In this document: positions 48,664 through 60,358 of the stretch, in pieces | Position numbering within the stretch: the stretch's first letter is position 1 | Layout: every line of letters starts with the position of its first letter | Origin: Octopus bimaculoides | Lineage: Eukaryota | Assembly (NCBI RefSeq): GCF_001194135.2 | Contig: NC_069002.1 | Coordinates: forward strand, 135,424-199,423 | Length of the DNA stretch: 64,000 nucleotides | Reading direction: 5' to 3' | Position numbers and translations under genes: made by a program | Notes under the pieces: model-generated | The model's database searches: none | What the model was told of the DNA's origin: nothing | The model's input: only the letters and a program-made list of their open reading frames with translations

Positions 48664-48901
48664 CTACAAAACCAACCATATTCTCCACCAATATTAACAG
48701 CAGTTAATGCCATCAACCTTTTCTACACAAGGATTGGTCTGCTTAGTCATCAATGCCAACACCATAAAGAAAGCATTCAGCAAAGCAGGTAACTAAATTC
48801 TTGGATATGAAATAAAGCTGCTGCTACTGCTGCCAAAATATAGATGGTTATTTATAGTTAAAGCTGTTTCAATAAGATTTTAATACAAAACTATATCTCA
48901 C

Positions 48902-48940
48902 CTCTAGTTCAAATAGGTTTGACTTTTCAAGCATTATGAT
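48902..48940 (-). CDS. VPS13: VPS13 exon (39 nt)
   Basis: IIMLEKSNLFELE; CAG/GTGAG; fills the expected motif. Confidence 0.82.
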
Positions 48941-49059
48941 CTGAAAAGCGACAAAAAAAAAAATCAAAAATTACATGAGACACAAATTAATATCTATCCA
49001 TATATATCCATATAAGTAAAAGATAGAAGATATTTTGTAAAGATTTTTACACTAATTAA

Positions 49060-49272
49060 TTTAACCATTTCATTATCATATTTCTGTTGAAATCCACTGC
49101 ATTTGTTTCATTCAATTTTGAAAATAACAGAATTTAATAGAATAACTTTGTCATTATGAAACTGGTGTTGGGACATAAATTAGAATGAAATTTTCATGCA
49201 AGGTTTAGAAAGAGGAGTTTGTTTCATAGAACCAGGAATGGTTTCAGGTGGGGTTGGTGTCAAAAGGGTTCA
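49060..49272. mobile_element. piggyBac-like MITE
   Basis: Ends resemble TTAACCCTTT..TACC and GGT(A/G)TCAAAAGGGTT; related pieces at 23400-23735, 29380-29545, 30240-30670, 31645-32240. Confidence 0.6.
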
Positions 49273-49338
49273 TAAAACATTAATATTAATCAGATGACAT
49301 CTAAAATTAAATTTTAAGGAAAATAAAACAATGCTTAC

Positions 49339-49442
49339 ATTTGGGTAAATAGCACCAGGTGAACAATCTTTCATATTCAGGTCTTTCAAACCACAAAACA
49401 CTAATGTCTTGTTTGATTTCATCAGGACCTGAGACTCAAGAT
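49339..49442 (-). CDS. VPS13: VPS13 exon
   Basis: LESQVLMK..LKDLNMKDCSPGAIYPN. Confidence 0.9.
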
Positions 49443-49907
49443 CTGATAAAAATATAAAATTTGAAAATAAAAGTACAAAGAATATTTTTGGTTACCTTGG
49501 TTATATCATTTCTTGGGAGATAAAGAAGGAAGAAAAACAAGTAACTGTCAGAAGGAAAATGGTACAGGAAAGAAGAGAAATAGTGCAGTGTACTCCTGGC
49601 TTTCACAGCTACTTGTTCATGCTCAGAATATTACTGAAGTATGGAATGATTCAGTTCCAAACATTTCAGTATCTGATGCTATAAATCATTTCAATGGAGT
49701 TTATTTCTTTTTATTTTAGATTACTCCCTTTTTTGGGTTGAATTAAGCATTGTTCAACAGTGTTTATATCACCTCTCTACAACACATTAAATATGTCAGT
49801 CTTTACTGTGTCTTTATATAATTAGCAATTTCCCTATTTCTAGAATGAAAAGTCTCATTTTTGTTGAACTCGGAGAAAATGAAGACTATGAAAATGTGGA
49901 GACTTAC

Positions 49908-50015
49908 CAAGGATATGGATGTCAGCGATGTCATTTTCAGAATCACAAACTTTGAAGTTGACATCTTTGATAGCTGCACAAAAGCTGAATTTTACCAAAT
50001 TGTCTGGAACATCAT
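49908..50015 (-). CDS. VPS13: VPS13 exon (alternative NAGNAG acceptor at 50018)
   Basis: DVPDNLVKFSFCAAIKDVNFKVCDSENDIADIHIL. Confidence 0.9.
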
Positions 50016-50081
50016 CTGCTTCAATGAAACAATAGAAAGACTCAGAATAACAATACTTTTTGTGATGTTACTTTCAATGAA

Positions 50082-50153
50082 ATACACTAGCCTATGTTCT
50101 TTAAAGTAACGTCAAGGATACACTAGCCTATGTTCTTTAAAGTAACGTCAAGG
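50082..50153. repeat. Perfect 36-bp tandem duplication
   Basis: ATACACTAGCCTATGTTCTTTAAAGTAACGTCAAGG x2. Confidence 0.95.
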
Positions 50154-51216
50154 ATTAGAGGAATACACACACCCTGATTTTATTCAAAGACTGAGAAATG
50201 ATTTTTGAAGGGAATCAGTGAAATAATTTTATCATAATTAAGCTAATATTACTAAGGTAATAGACTAGCAAAATCATCATAGAATTACGCCTTCATCATC
50301 ATTATCATCATTTTAATGTCCACTTTTCCATTCTTGCATGGATCAGACAGAATTCGCTGAAGTAGATTTTCTCTTCAGCTGGATGCCCTTCCTGTCACCA
50401 ACCTTCACCTGTTTCCAAGTAAGTTAATATTTTGCCACAACTGGACATGTTTTCATAGAAGAGTGGAGATGAATGACATAACTTGTATGATGGTGATACT
50501 TATTTGCAACTATCATGTGACATCAGGACAAAGAGATACAAAGCAAATACATATTTATTTACTTATATATATATATATATGTACATATATATATATATAT
50601 ATATANNNNNNNNNNNNNNNNNNNNNNNNNNNNNNNNNNNNNNNNNNNNNNNNNNNNNNNNNNNNNNNNNNNNNNNNNNNNNNNNNNNNNNNNNNNNNNN
50701 NNNNNNNNNNNNNNNNNNNNNNNNNNNNNNNNNNNNNNNNNNNATATATATAGATATGTACATGCATGTATATGTTCAGTTTCAGGATTTGTTAGGACCT
50801 AAGTCTTTTAACATGTCCGACAGGCTTACAACACTCAGGAACAATTAAAGTTATCATTTATTGGTTGTATACTGCAAGTGTGCACATATACATCTACATG
50901 TCTATCTATACATATAAGTACACATAGACAAATGTGTGTTTACACACATGCATACACAGGTATCTCTGTGGGGTACCACACTCCCATATATTATTAATTG
51001 GCAATTAGTATTGGAACAATATCACACAAATTTATAATTAATGAGATATGTGACATATCCATCTTCATAAACAATGCAAAGAGACAGAAGACACGAGTGT
51101 TCATAGCATAAACTCAACAAAATATTCTTGAATAAAATTATGATAGTTTTAATTTATCTTTTATTGTTTACATGTTTCAGTCATTAGAAAACGGTCTAAA
51201 AATGCTTGAAACATAG

Positions 51217-51219
<3 letters not shown>

Positions 51220-51291
<72 letters not shown>
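51220..51291. repeat. (CA)n microsatellite
   Basis: Directly visible. Confidence 0.95.
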
Positions 51292-51296
<5 letters not shown>

Positions 51297-51328
51297 CACA
51301 GTACTTTGAAAACGTGAGGTCTACATAC

Positions 51329-51441
51329 TGGTAGTAACAGAAACCATCCGGGTTAGAGGTTCTAGAATTCTGAAGTCCTCGAAGGAATCAGAGTTGGAAA
51401 TGCTACTTGTGGTGCTAGTTTTCATTTTCTTTTCATTTATG
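51329..51441 (-). CDS. VPS13: VPS13 exon
   Basis: INEKKMKTSTTSS..MVSVTT; phases fit. Confidence 0.8.
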
Positions 51442-51976
51442 CTGCAAAAAAAAAAAAAAAAAAAAAATCAATCAAGTGTTGGGAAGGAATGATAACTATT
51501 TACACGTCATCAGTCTTGGAGGGCTAGAACGCAAATAGCCAGCAAAGCAATGTTTCCTATGCTCTGATAATTCTACCAGCTCACTGCCTTATTACTATAT
51601 CTAATATCATTTACATGAAAAGCTTAGCAGTTAATTTAAAAGTAAACCTTTTCAAACAAAGGAACAAATTGACAGAGTCATTAGAGCATTGCATAAAATT
51701 TCTTGTAATATTTGCTCCAGTTCTCTGCACTCTGAGTTTGAATTCCACCAAGATCAATTTTGCCTTACATCCTTCCCAGGGTCAAAAGATATAGTATTGA
51801 TCAAAGGTGATGACGCATGGGATAACCATTAACATGGTGAAAAATTTGAAATGCTGCTTTGTTTTATTCAGAAAGAGCATAACTTATAGATTTCAGAACA
51901 CTTTAAACTTTTCAAATCTCTTAATATTTTACCAAAATATGTAATTTTTCCCAGATAAGCAGACACAACCCAGAAA

Positions 51977-52018
<42 letters not shown>

Positions 52019-52517
52019 TAATTGGTTGTGAGAAAGTAGAGAAATCATGCCACTTTATTTATGTACCAAAAAAACCCCTTCTTCTGTTGGACTCATCACT
52101 CATGATTATGAGGAGGTGCATGGCTTAGTAGTTAGGGTGTTGGACTCACAATTCTGAGATTGTGATTCCTGGGCAACGCATTGTGTTCTTGAGCAAAACA
52201 ACCTCAAAGGTTGTTGACATATTGTATTTGCATGATTTTGGGTGCTAGCAGTCTACAAAGCACCATTCTACAGCACAATGGATGAAATGTCTTCTTATTT
52301 TTTGTATGTCAAAATCAGATCCCATTCATTAGTTTAAATGATCACCAGAATGGATGCAACATGTCAAATGCCAGGAATTATCATGTAGCACAGGGAACAT
52401 CACAGCAATAAACTGCAATGTTCACATTCCAGGAGATCACCATGTAGAAATGTAGACGCACATGGCTTAGTGGTGAGGAAGTAATCTGAATGCTAATGGC
52501 TTAAACAAATGACTTAC

Positions 52518-52657
52518 CTGTTTATTAAACGTGTCATGTATGTGTTTAGATGTGTTATACCAACTTGGTGGAGAAAAAATGAAATGGTGTCCATCTTTAA
52601 TTGTACCCCTTGTATTACATAGCCATAGACTCCAAAATCAGGACATTTTGGATCAGT
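52518..52657 (-). CDS. VPS13: VPS13 exon
   Basis: TDPKCPDF..LKMDTISFFLHQ..RLINS. Confidence 0.9.
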
Positions 52658-53020
52658 CTGAAAAAATATAAAATATGAATCAAAGATCTGAATGTACCAT
52701 AGTTATTAAGTTTTACTGATTCAGTCAAGCATGCTGGTCCACTAAAATTTGTGTCAATGTGGAAAATTATAATAGCAGTATATGCCTGTTATCATGCATG
52801 TATGTGTATGTATGCGTATGTGCCTATACACGTAAGTATACATTTATATATGGGCATGCACATGAGTGTGTGTGTGTGTGTGTGTGTGGTCAAATAGTGT
52901 ATATTGTTTGATATAGTTTATATATGGCAAGAGCAATGAATTAAATCTAAGACTGAAGGCCATTCCATTTCTCAACAATATCAGATTAGCTAAACAGAAG
53001 GCAGATAAATTGTTCTGTAC

Positions 53021-53094
53021 CATTCTATAAGTGATGGATACCAAGTTATCATTGGATTTACTTCGTATCAATTCAAGATATTCTCCAGATGGTC
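53021..53094 (-). CDS. VPS13: VPS13 exon
   Basis: PSGEYLELIRSKSNDNLVSITYRM. Confidence 0.88.
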
Positions 53095-53611
53095 CTGGAA
53101 TGGACAAAAGTAATAATATAAGAACAAGCATGGAATACATATTTGCACTCAAATACATGTATACACACACGCACATACATACATGAAGGAAAATGACATG
53201 ACACATTTTTTATTTAAAAATCACAAAAATTGTTTTGACACATTTTTACATTTTTAATGCATTGTGAGGTGTTGTGAAGTAATCCAAGATATTGTATTAT
53301 AACTACATTAAATAAAGGTTTCTAGTGAAACAATTGTCACTAAATTTAACCTCTACTCATCTGTTTTTTTTTTTTCATTATACTTGCACCACACCAAGAG
53401 TATTTATACCTACATAGTCACACATATTCATGCATAAATATATATATAGTGATGTACAAGAATATATATATAGTGATGTACAAGAATATATTTACAAACA
53501 CACATGCACATGGCTAGCATGTAAACCAACTTAACGTTGTATATTTTTACCTAGATTGCATATAAATTTTTCTTTCTTTTTTCAGTTTTTCTTTGTTTTT
53601 TGTTGTGTGAA

Positions 53612-53662
<51 letters not shown>

Positions 53663-53999
53663 GAACGTGTGTGAAAGAGTGGGGGAGAGAGAGTGTATGT
53701 GTGTGTATGTAAGTTTGTCTTGATGTCACATGATGCTTGTCAACAGGCACAACTGTCATACAAGCAAGTCAGTTCATTTTGATTATTATTCTGTGGAAAA
53801 AAATGCACAGCCCTGGAAAAATATTTTCTAGCTTGGAAACAGGTGAGGATTGGCAACAAAAAGGGGATCTGGTCATAGAAAATCTACCTCAACGAATTCC
53901 ATCTAACTCACATCTAAGGTCCACTTTTTAAAGCCTGCATGAGTCAGATGGAATTTGTTGAGGCAGACACACAGATAATAAAGCATAAGGTGCACTTAC

Positions 54000-54238
54000 C
54001 AATATGAATTTTATCCACAAGTTCAATGCCACCAAGACTGGCATTGATGACCATTCCATACACTGTTATTGCACTATCGACATATAATTTGTTGATTCGG
54101 AACATTAGATAAGGAGACTCTCGTTTGTCGATCTTCTTTGATAATTGTAAAACAGCTTCATTAAGAACGACCCTTGTCAGAATTGTTATTGTGTTTGAAG
54201 CTGAAGAATGGTCATCTACAGGTTTGACGTCACAAGTT
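54000..54238 (-). CDS. VPS13: VPS13 exon
   Basis: ..VVLNEAVLQL..ASLGGIELVDKIHI. Confidence 0.9.
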
Positions 54239-54282
54239 CTGCAAGATAAATTACAAATTTAAAATCTGTAGAATAGACACCA

Positions 54283-54322
<40 letters not shown>

Positions 54323-54464
54323 CTATATAAAATTAGATATCTTATAAAATTTTGATTACACTGAAAATTAATTAAAACACACAGGATGTCGACTTGTTAA
54401 AAAAATTAAATCAATATAATAAGGAAATCTACTCGTTAAAAATAGAAACTAATATATTGCTTAC

Positions 54465-54522
54465 TTGTGACGTAATGGTAATTCTTCGTCTGAATTCTCA
54501 GAAGCTGAACCAAAATATTCTT
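54465..54522 (-). CDS. VPS13: VPS13 exon (alternative NAGNAG acceptor at 54525)
   Basis: EYFGSASENSDEELPLRHK; phases fit. Confidence 0.8.
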
Positions 54523-54670
54523 CTGCTTAAGGAAAAAAATAAATGAAAATAACAATAAAAAACATTAGAATCAAATTAGAAAATTGAATCTTGATGTCAT
54601 TTGTGTGTGTGTGTGTGTGTGTACAGGTCTGTGTGTTTGTATGTGTGATGTGATGTGTGTGTTTACTTAC

Positions 54671-54818
54671 GACTATTTTCTCTGTTAGGTTCCTCAGCTG
54701 GAGAAATTCCATCAGGAACTGTTTCTGAGCATTTGCGAACAACAGTCCTACCTAATACACTGTTTCGTACCAGTTTTAGGAATGGTATTTCTGTGTCTGG
54801 CTGAATTTGTCTCTTGTC
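54671..54818 (-). CDS. VPS13: VPS13 exon
   Basis: DKRQIQPD..EEPNRENS; CAG/GTAAG, open frame, phases fit. Confidence 0.8.
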
Positions 54819-55304
54819 CTGTAGAATGAGAATCATTAAAAAACGTCATTTGTGTCAATAGAAACCTCTAAGTGGTGGTTCAACTTGCTAGACATAGCAA
54901 CCAAATATCTATCAAATAACACCAGACCGCCATAAAAGAAATGTTAGTTAATGTAGTCTTAGGTGCACTGAATAAATGACAGATGATCAATGTCTTTTGA
55001 TCATAGATTGTGTTGGCTTGGTCAGAGTAGCCCTACGCTAAAACAAAAGTAAAATTCTATTAGAGAAAATCTAGTGTCATGAAAAGAGAAACCAATTTCT
55101 AGCAATCCAATGAACATTAAACAAGACAATGGAAATTAAATGAGACAATGAGCAATTTAAAATGTGATAAACAATGCACAGTACACTGAACAACAAGCAA
55201 GAAAGAAATAATTTACCAGATCATGAACAATAGAAATGTAATAAGCATTAAAGAAAAATTTTTTAAAAATTACAAAACGAAGATGATTGAGCAATAAGTA
55301 AGAC

Positions 55305-56112
55305 ATCATCATCCTCATCGTCGTTTAACGTCTGCTTTCCATGCTGGCATGGGTTGGACGATCTGACTGAGGACTGGTGAAACCGGATGGCTACACCAGG
55401 CTCCAATCTAAATTTGGCAGAGTTTCTACAGCTGGATGCCCTTCCTAACGCCAACCACTCAGAGAGTGTAGTAGGTGCTTTTACGTGTCACCCGCACAAA
55501 GGCCAGTCAGGCGATACTGGCAACGGCCACGCTCGAAATGGTGTCTTTTATGTGCCACCCACACAAGCCAGTCCAGNNNNNNNNNNNNNNNNNNNNNNNN
55601 NNNNNNNNNNNNNNNNNNNNNNNNNNNNNNNNNNNNNNNNNNNNNNNNNNNNNNNNNNNNNNNNNNNNNNNNNNNNNNNNNNNNNNNNNNNNNNNNNNNN
55701 NNNNNNNNNNNNNNNNNNNNNNNNNNNNNNNNTACTTGGCTTGCCGGGTCTTCTCACGCACAGCACATTTCCAAAGGTCTCGGTCAGTAGTCATCGCCTC
55801 GGTGAGGCCCAATGTACGAAGGTCTTGCCTCACCACCTCAGCCCAGGTCTTCCTGCGCCTACCTCTTCCACGGGTTCCCTCAACTGTTAGGGTGTGGCAC
55901 TTTTTCACGCAGCTATCCTCATCCATTCTCACCACATGTCCATACCAGCGCAATCGTCTCTCTTGCACACCACAACTGATGCTTCTGATGTTCAGCTTTT
56001 CTCTCAAGATACTTACACTCTGACAGGTATTCACATTGACATTACACATCCAACGGAGCATACTGGCTTCATTCCTTGCGAGCTTACGCATGTCCTCAGC
56101 AGTTACAGCCCA
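55305..56112 (-). mobile_element. RTE-clade LINE 3' fragment with 3' UTR and (GAT)n tail
   Basis: SMLRWMCNV..RRLRWYGHVVRMDEDS..KTWAEVV..AVREKTRQAK, then gap 55577-55732, then UTR and tail. Confidence 0.9.
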
Positions 56113-56249
56113 TGAGGATTAAATAAAATAATGAGACAGAAACAGATGATGAACAATTTATAAGACAATGAAAAATAAAGAAAACAATGAACTTTAACCA
56201 GAATGTTAAATGTTAAACAGGTCAGTGAACGGTGTTTAAGATTACATAC

Positions 56250-56418
56250 CAGTTCTGGGTGGTAATTCAATGTATTGCCATCAACAGAATCTTCAACAAT
56301 TGTAATCATACTGGAACTGCCAGGAATAGGGAAATGGTTGAAAAATGCCACAAGTGTTAGCAGACGCTCATCAGATATGTTCACTTTGATGGAGGGAAGT
56401 GTGGTAACAAGTTTGTGT
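56250..56418 (-). CDS. VPS13: VPS13 exon
   Basis: HKLVTTLPSIKVNISDERLLTLVAFFNHFPIP. Confidence 0.92.
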
Positions 56419-56734
56419 CTGGTAAAGAAAGGAAGGGGGGAGAAAAATACATATAACATTATCAGCTTGAAGCATCATCACTGTGTATGTGTGTGTGAGA
56501 AAGAGAGTTCGTGTTTGTGTAGTACATGTGTGTGTGTGTGGATGCATATGAATATGACTGATTATGCAACTGAATATGTGTAAATGTGTGCAATTTAAAG
56601 AAATTACGGCTAATTTAGAGGATTACAAATAGAAAATAATAAATGCAGACACACATTAATGCACAAATGACTATGAATTCAAAAGAAATATGAAGAAGAA
56701 GAAGGAGGAAGAGAGAAAAGAAAAGGATACTCAC

Positions 56735-56852
56735 TGAGGTAGTTGCTTGTAATCTGGTTTGACACTATTAAATAAAGTCATCAACATTTTGGTACTGGGC
56801 AAGATGTGGTAGAGTGAGTCTGGTTCCGTCTGAAAGGTATGCCAGTCATCAC
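56735..56852 (-). CDS. VPS13: VPS13 exon
   Basis: DDWHTFQ..YHILPST..KPDYKQLPQ. Confidence 0.92.
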
Positions 56853-57107
56853 CTGTTGAGAGAAATAGCTGCAGTTCTTATATCTTGTTTCAGTCATTAG
56901 AGTGTGGCCATGCTGGGGCAGCACTACCTTGGAGAATTTTAGTCAAGTGAATCAACCCCCAGCACTTATTTCTGGTTTTAAGCCTGCTGCTTATTTTATT
57001 GGTCTCTTCTGCCAAATCGCTAAACAACTGGGATGTAAACACACCAACACCTGTTGTCAAGCAGTGGTAGGGTGGGGGTGCCAGCTTGCCACTGTATAAT
57101 AATAATG

Positions 57108-57125
57108 CACACACACACACACACA

Positions 57126-57208
<83 letters not shown>
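57108..57208. repeat. (CA)n microsatellite
   Basis: Directly visible. Confidence 0.95.
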
Positions 57209-57211
<3 letters not shown>

Positions 57212-57257
57212 GATGCATGTGAAGGAAAATAAAGGAAATGAAAGCAGAGTTTCCCAC

Positions 57258-57345
57258 CTGAATCAGCCAGAAGTATTTTAACTTCATTTATCTTTATTGT
57301 AAACTGATCATATAGACGGGATTCGATTTCAGACATTGTTGCATC
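57258..57345 (-). CDS. VPS13: VPS13 exon (most 5' confident exon)
   Basis: DATMSEIESRLYDQFTIKINEVKILLADS. Confidence 0.92.
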
Positions 57346-58389
57346 CTGAAATTGAAAATGAAATACTTGACATCTCAGGAATCTATTGTAAAACAGAGGA
57401 ATCACAATTGCTTATTTGCATAATGGTAACAACAACAACACTTAAAATAACAGTAAACATACATTATTAGTTTCAAATTTATTTACAAAGCCAACAATTT
57501 CAGGGGAGGGGGCTACTTGATTACATCAACCCCAGTGCATGACCCTGAAAGAATGAAAGGCAAAGTTGGAATTTGAACCCACAATGTAAAGACAGACAAA
57601 ATGCTGTTAAACCTTTTGCCCTTTGTGTTAATGATTCTGTCAGGTTGCCACCCTTATGCATTAAACATGCATTATTGAGATTAATTCAGATTCACACACA
57701 TATTTGGGATATTGATTTTATGTTGTGGTGCATGAGAATGATTGATTATTGGACTGATAACAGTAAAAAATCAATAACAGAGCAATTATAGGAAAACGTA
57801 AGAGCTGAAGACAACTAAATAAGATGATGGAAATATGTCTTTTTTTTCCTTTATCTTTTGGTCAGGAGGGAATGCAGTGCCCATATCTCATTACAGGGCC
57901 TCCAAGACTTGTGGGAGAGAAGGAAGGAAGAAGATATCCTCAAACCTAAACATATACAATGTGCCTGGTGGGTGGGGGGAGGTTAAGTCTACCACCAATA
58001 ACAAGCAAAGAGCCAAAACAAATACCACAAGGTATCCATCCAGTCCTACATTCTTACAATTCTGCCAATCCATTGCCTTGGATTGGTACTTTTTTGTTGA
58101 CCCCAAAAGGATGGAAAGCAAAGATGACCATAGCAGAATTTGAATAAATATCAAAACATTCTGTCTGATGCTCCAACAACTCTGCCAATTCAGCACCCCC
58201 CCCCCCCNNNNNNNNNNNNNNCACCGATCAGTTGAAGAAAATTTGTTTCTAATGCAAATTGCTATGATAAAGGACCGATTGAGTTTCAAGTGTGATGCTA
58301 GTTGTCAGCCGTTTTGAATTTGAATGCCAAAGGACCAAGATATGTGACACGTTGTTGTATTCAAGAAGAGCCACCGACCACAACAGAAC

Positions 58390-58777
58390 TGATATCCTAA
58401 AAGCATGGTTCTCTGTAAAAAGCACTGGTGTTGTTGATGTAACAAGCACTGGTCGTAGCCCCATGTGAAAAGATCTAGTCTCAGGGCCATGTAAAAAGCA
58501 TTGGTGTTAGTTCCACATAAAAAGCACCAGTGGTGGGGGTCATGTAAGAAGCACTGGTGAGGGTGCCACATAAAAAATACCCAGTACACTCTGTAAAGTT
58601 GTTGGACTTAGAAAGGGTATCCAGCTGCAGATACCAAGACAAAAGGGGCTATAGAACTTGGTGTGACACCTGGACTTGCTAACCCCAGTCAAGCCATCCA
58701 ACCCATGTCCGGCATGCTAACGGCTCTGCTAGTTTGATGCCTTAGAAATAATGATGATGATGATGATGATGATGATG
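58390..58777 (+). mobile_element. RTE-tail repeat family B, short-unit variant
   Basis: AAAAGCACTGGTG units, then shared tail and (GAT)n. Confidence 0.65.
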
Positions 58778-60200
58778 TTCTCATTATTTACCACAAGAGT
58801 CAAGAAAAGGGTGAGAACGATACTGTTTGGTATTACATAAAAAGAACACGAGCAACATCAACAACAACAACCATAAAATTAATAATAATAATAATAATAA
58901 ACACTGAGCCTGAGTGTGTGTGTGTGTATGTGTGTGTAATTGATTGAGCTATTAATTATCAAAAGCATATTCTTCACTGCATATATACATTTTCTTAAAG
59001 TAATTATGACAACAACACCATCACCACTGCTAACAACAACAGCAACAACAATGATATTCCATTCAGGTGGCAGTAAATATTTTGATAGATAATAATATTG
59101 CATTCAAGTGGCAGCAGATAATTTTGATGGATCACAAACTGAAATCGATAAAGCAATTATTTTAATGTTGTCAAAGTAACTCGAATAATTAAGTAAATCA
59201 AATCAGTGGTAGATCATCATTACTGGAATCTGTCGTTAACAAATTTAATTCATATCTCAATAAAAATAAAAAATACAAATAAATAAAACTTTGTTTCTGC
59301 AAAAATACAAAAGATAGAATTAGTTTTCTGTTAAATAATAAATAAATATAAACAAAATATAGCAAAGCTGTGGTTTTTCTTTCTCTGAGACAATTAGAAT
59401 TTAAAAAGGTTTTATAAAGAAAATAATGAAAACACCTTTAAGAATTGCCATGGGTAAACAACAATCATGTTTTACAAAAACACACAGACAGAAAGAGATA
59501 CAGAAAGTTAGCTTGGGGCAGGCATAGCTGTGTGGTTCATAACTGTTTAGTTCTGGTTTCAATCCGTCTGTGTGCAGAGTAGTTTTAACAGCTTTTTTGA
59601 CCCACCAGGTAAAGCAATGCACTGAGGATCTAAAATATTCATTTATTGACAACAAACCACAACTTATACGGATTGAAACTGGGCTCCTAGATCTTGGGTA
59701 CCCCTGGGGCAATTTTCCAGTGTGCCTATGCTTCAAGATGGTACTGCCTGTGTGGCACCTTGGACACACTGTTTTTTACCACTGACTCAGGAATGAAATT
59801 TGCTTAGCAAGTGCAAACCCAGGTCCAAAATATTCAGTGAACTTTCCCTGGAAAATCTGAAAGCTATTCTCAGTAAAAAAAGTAGAACTGATTCAAAGCC
59901 ATTGTGTGAGCTTTTAAATGGTTGTGCAATCAGCTAGAAACAGCAGCCAAATCTGCTTTATATTGCAGATCAGCTCTTTAAAAAATGGAAGGCTACATTA
60001 GAAAACAGAGTTCTGAGTGTCACTGTGAATTAAAAAAAAAGATGGGATGGTCAAAGGGGAATGTGTTTTGATGTTAAGCAGCTAAGCAGTGACAAGAACG
60101 ACGGATTTGTTATAGAATGAAGAATACAGTGTCCCAGAAACACAACAAAAACACTCGCAGTATATTGAAACACACTTAATATGTTGAAATAATACAATAC

Positions 60201-60217
60201 CTTATCTGCCTTTGTTT
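60201..60217 (-). CDS. Candidate VPS13 micro-exon (17 nt)
   Basis: TTTTGTGTATAG|AAACAAAGGCAGATAAG|GTATTG; ends in phase 0; no homology support. Confidence 0.25.
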
Positions 60218-60231
60218 CTATACACAAAATA

Positions 60232-60281
<50 letters not shown>

Positions 60282-60312
60282 AAGAGAGAGAGGGAGAGTG
60301 TGTGTGTGTATG

Positions 60313-60358
<46 letters not shown>

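Larger units (their letters stand above)
271..57345 (-). other. VPS13: VPS13A/C-like (chorein family) gene, internal part: 57 traced exons, about 7.4 kb CDS; both ends outside window
   Basis: Spliced peptides carry VPS13 hallmarks (LAYFNEKLSVWEPLVEP, YSPYWIMNKT, WSQSFSMDTV, YWMSFLDGHQRVLLFT, YVLVLGLDVLGNPYGLIRD, FYEPFLGSIQG); GT-AG sites and phases agree exon to exon. Confidence 0.95.

Noticed and set aside
58255-58310. Minus-strand CTGACAA..TTGAAAC..GGTC as a fourth hammerhead
   Set aside because: Core lacks G8, and stems I and II barely pair
59819-59847. Piece encoding SSLNILDLG, resembling VPS13 LLDLG
   Set aside because: No downstream exon found to restore phase before 57345; likely a chance match
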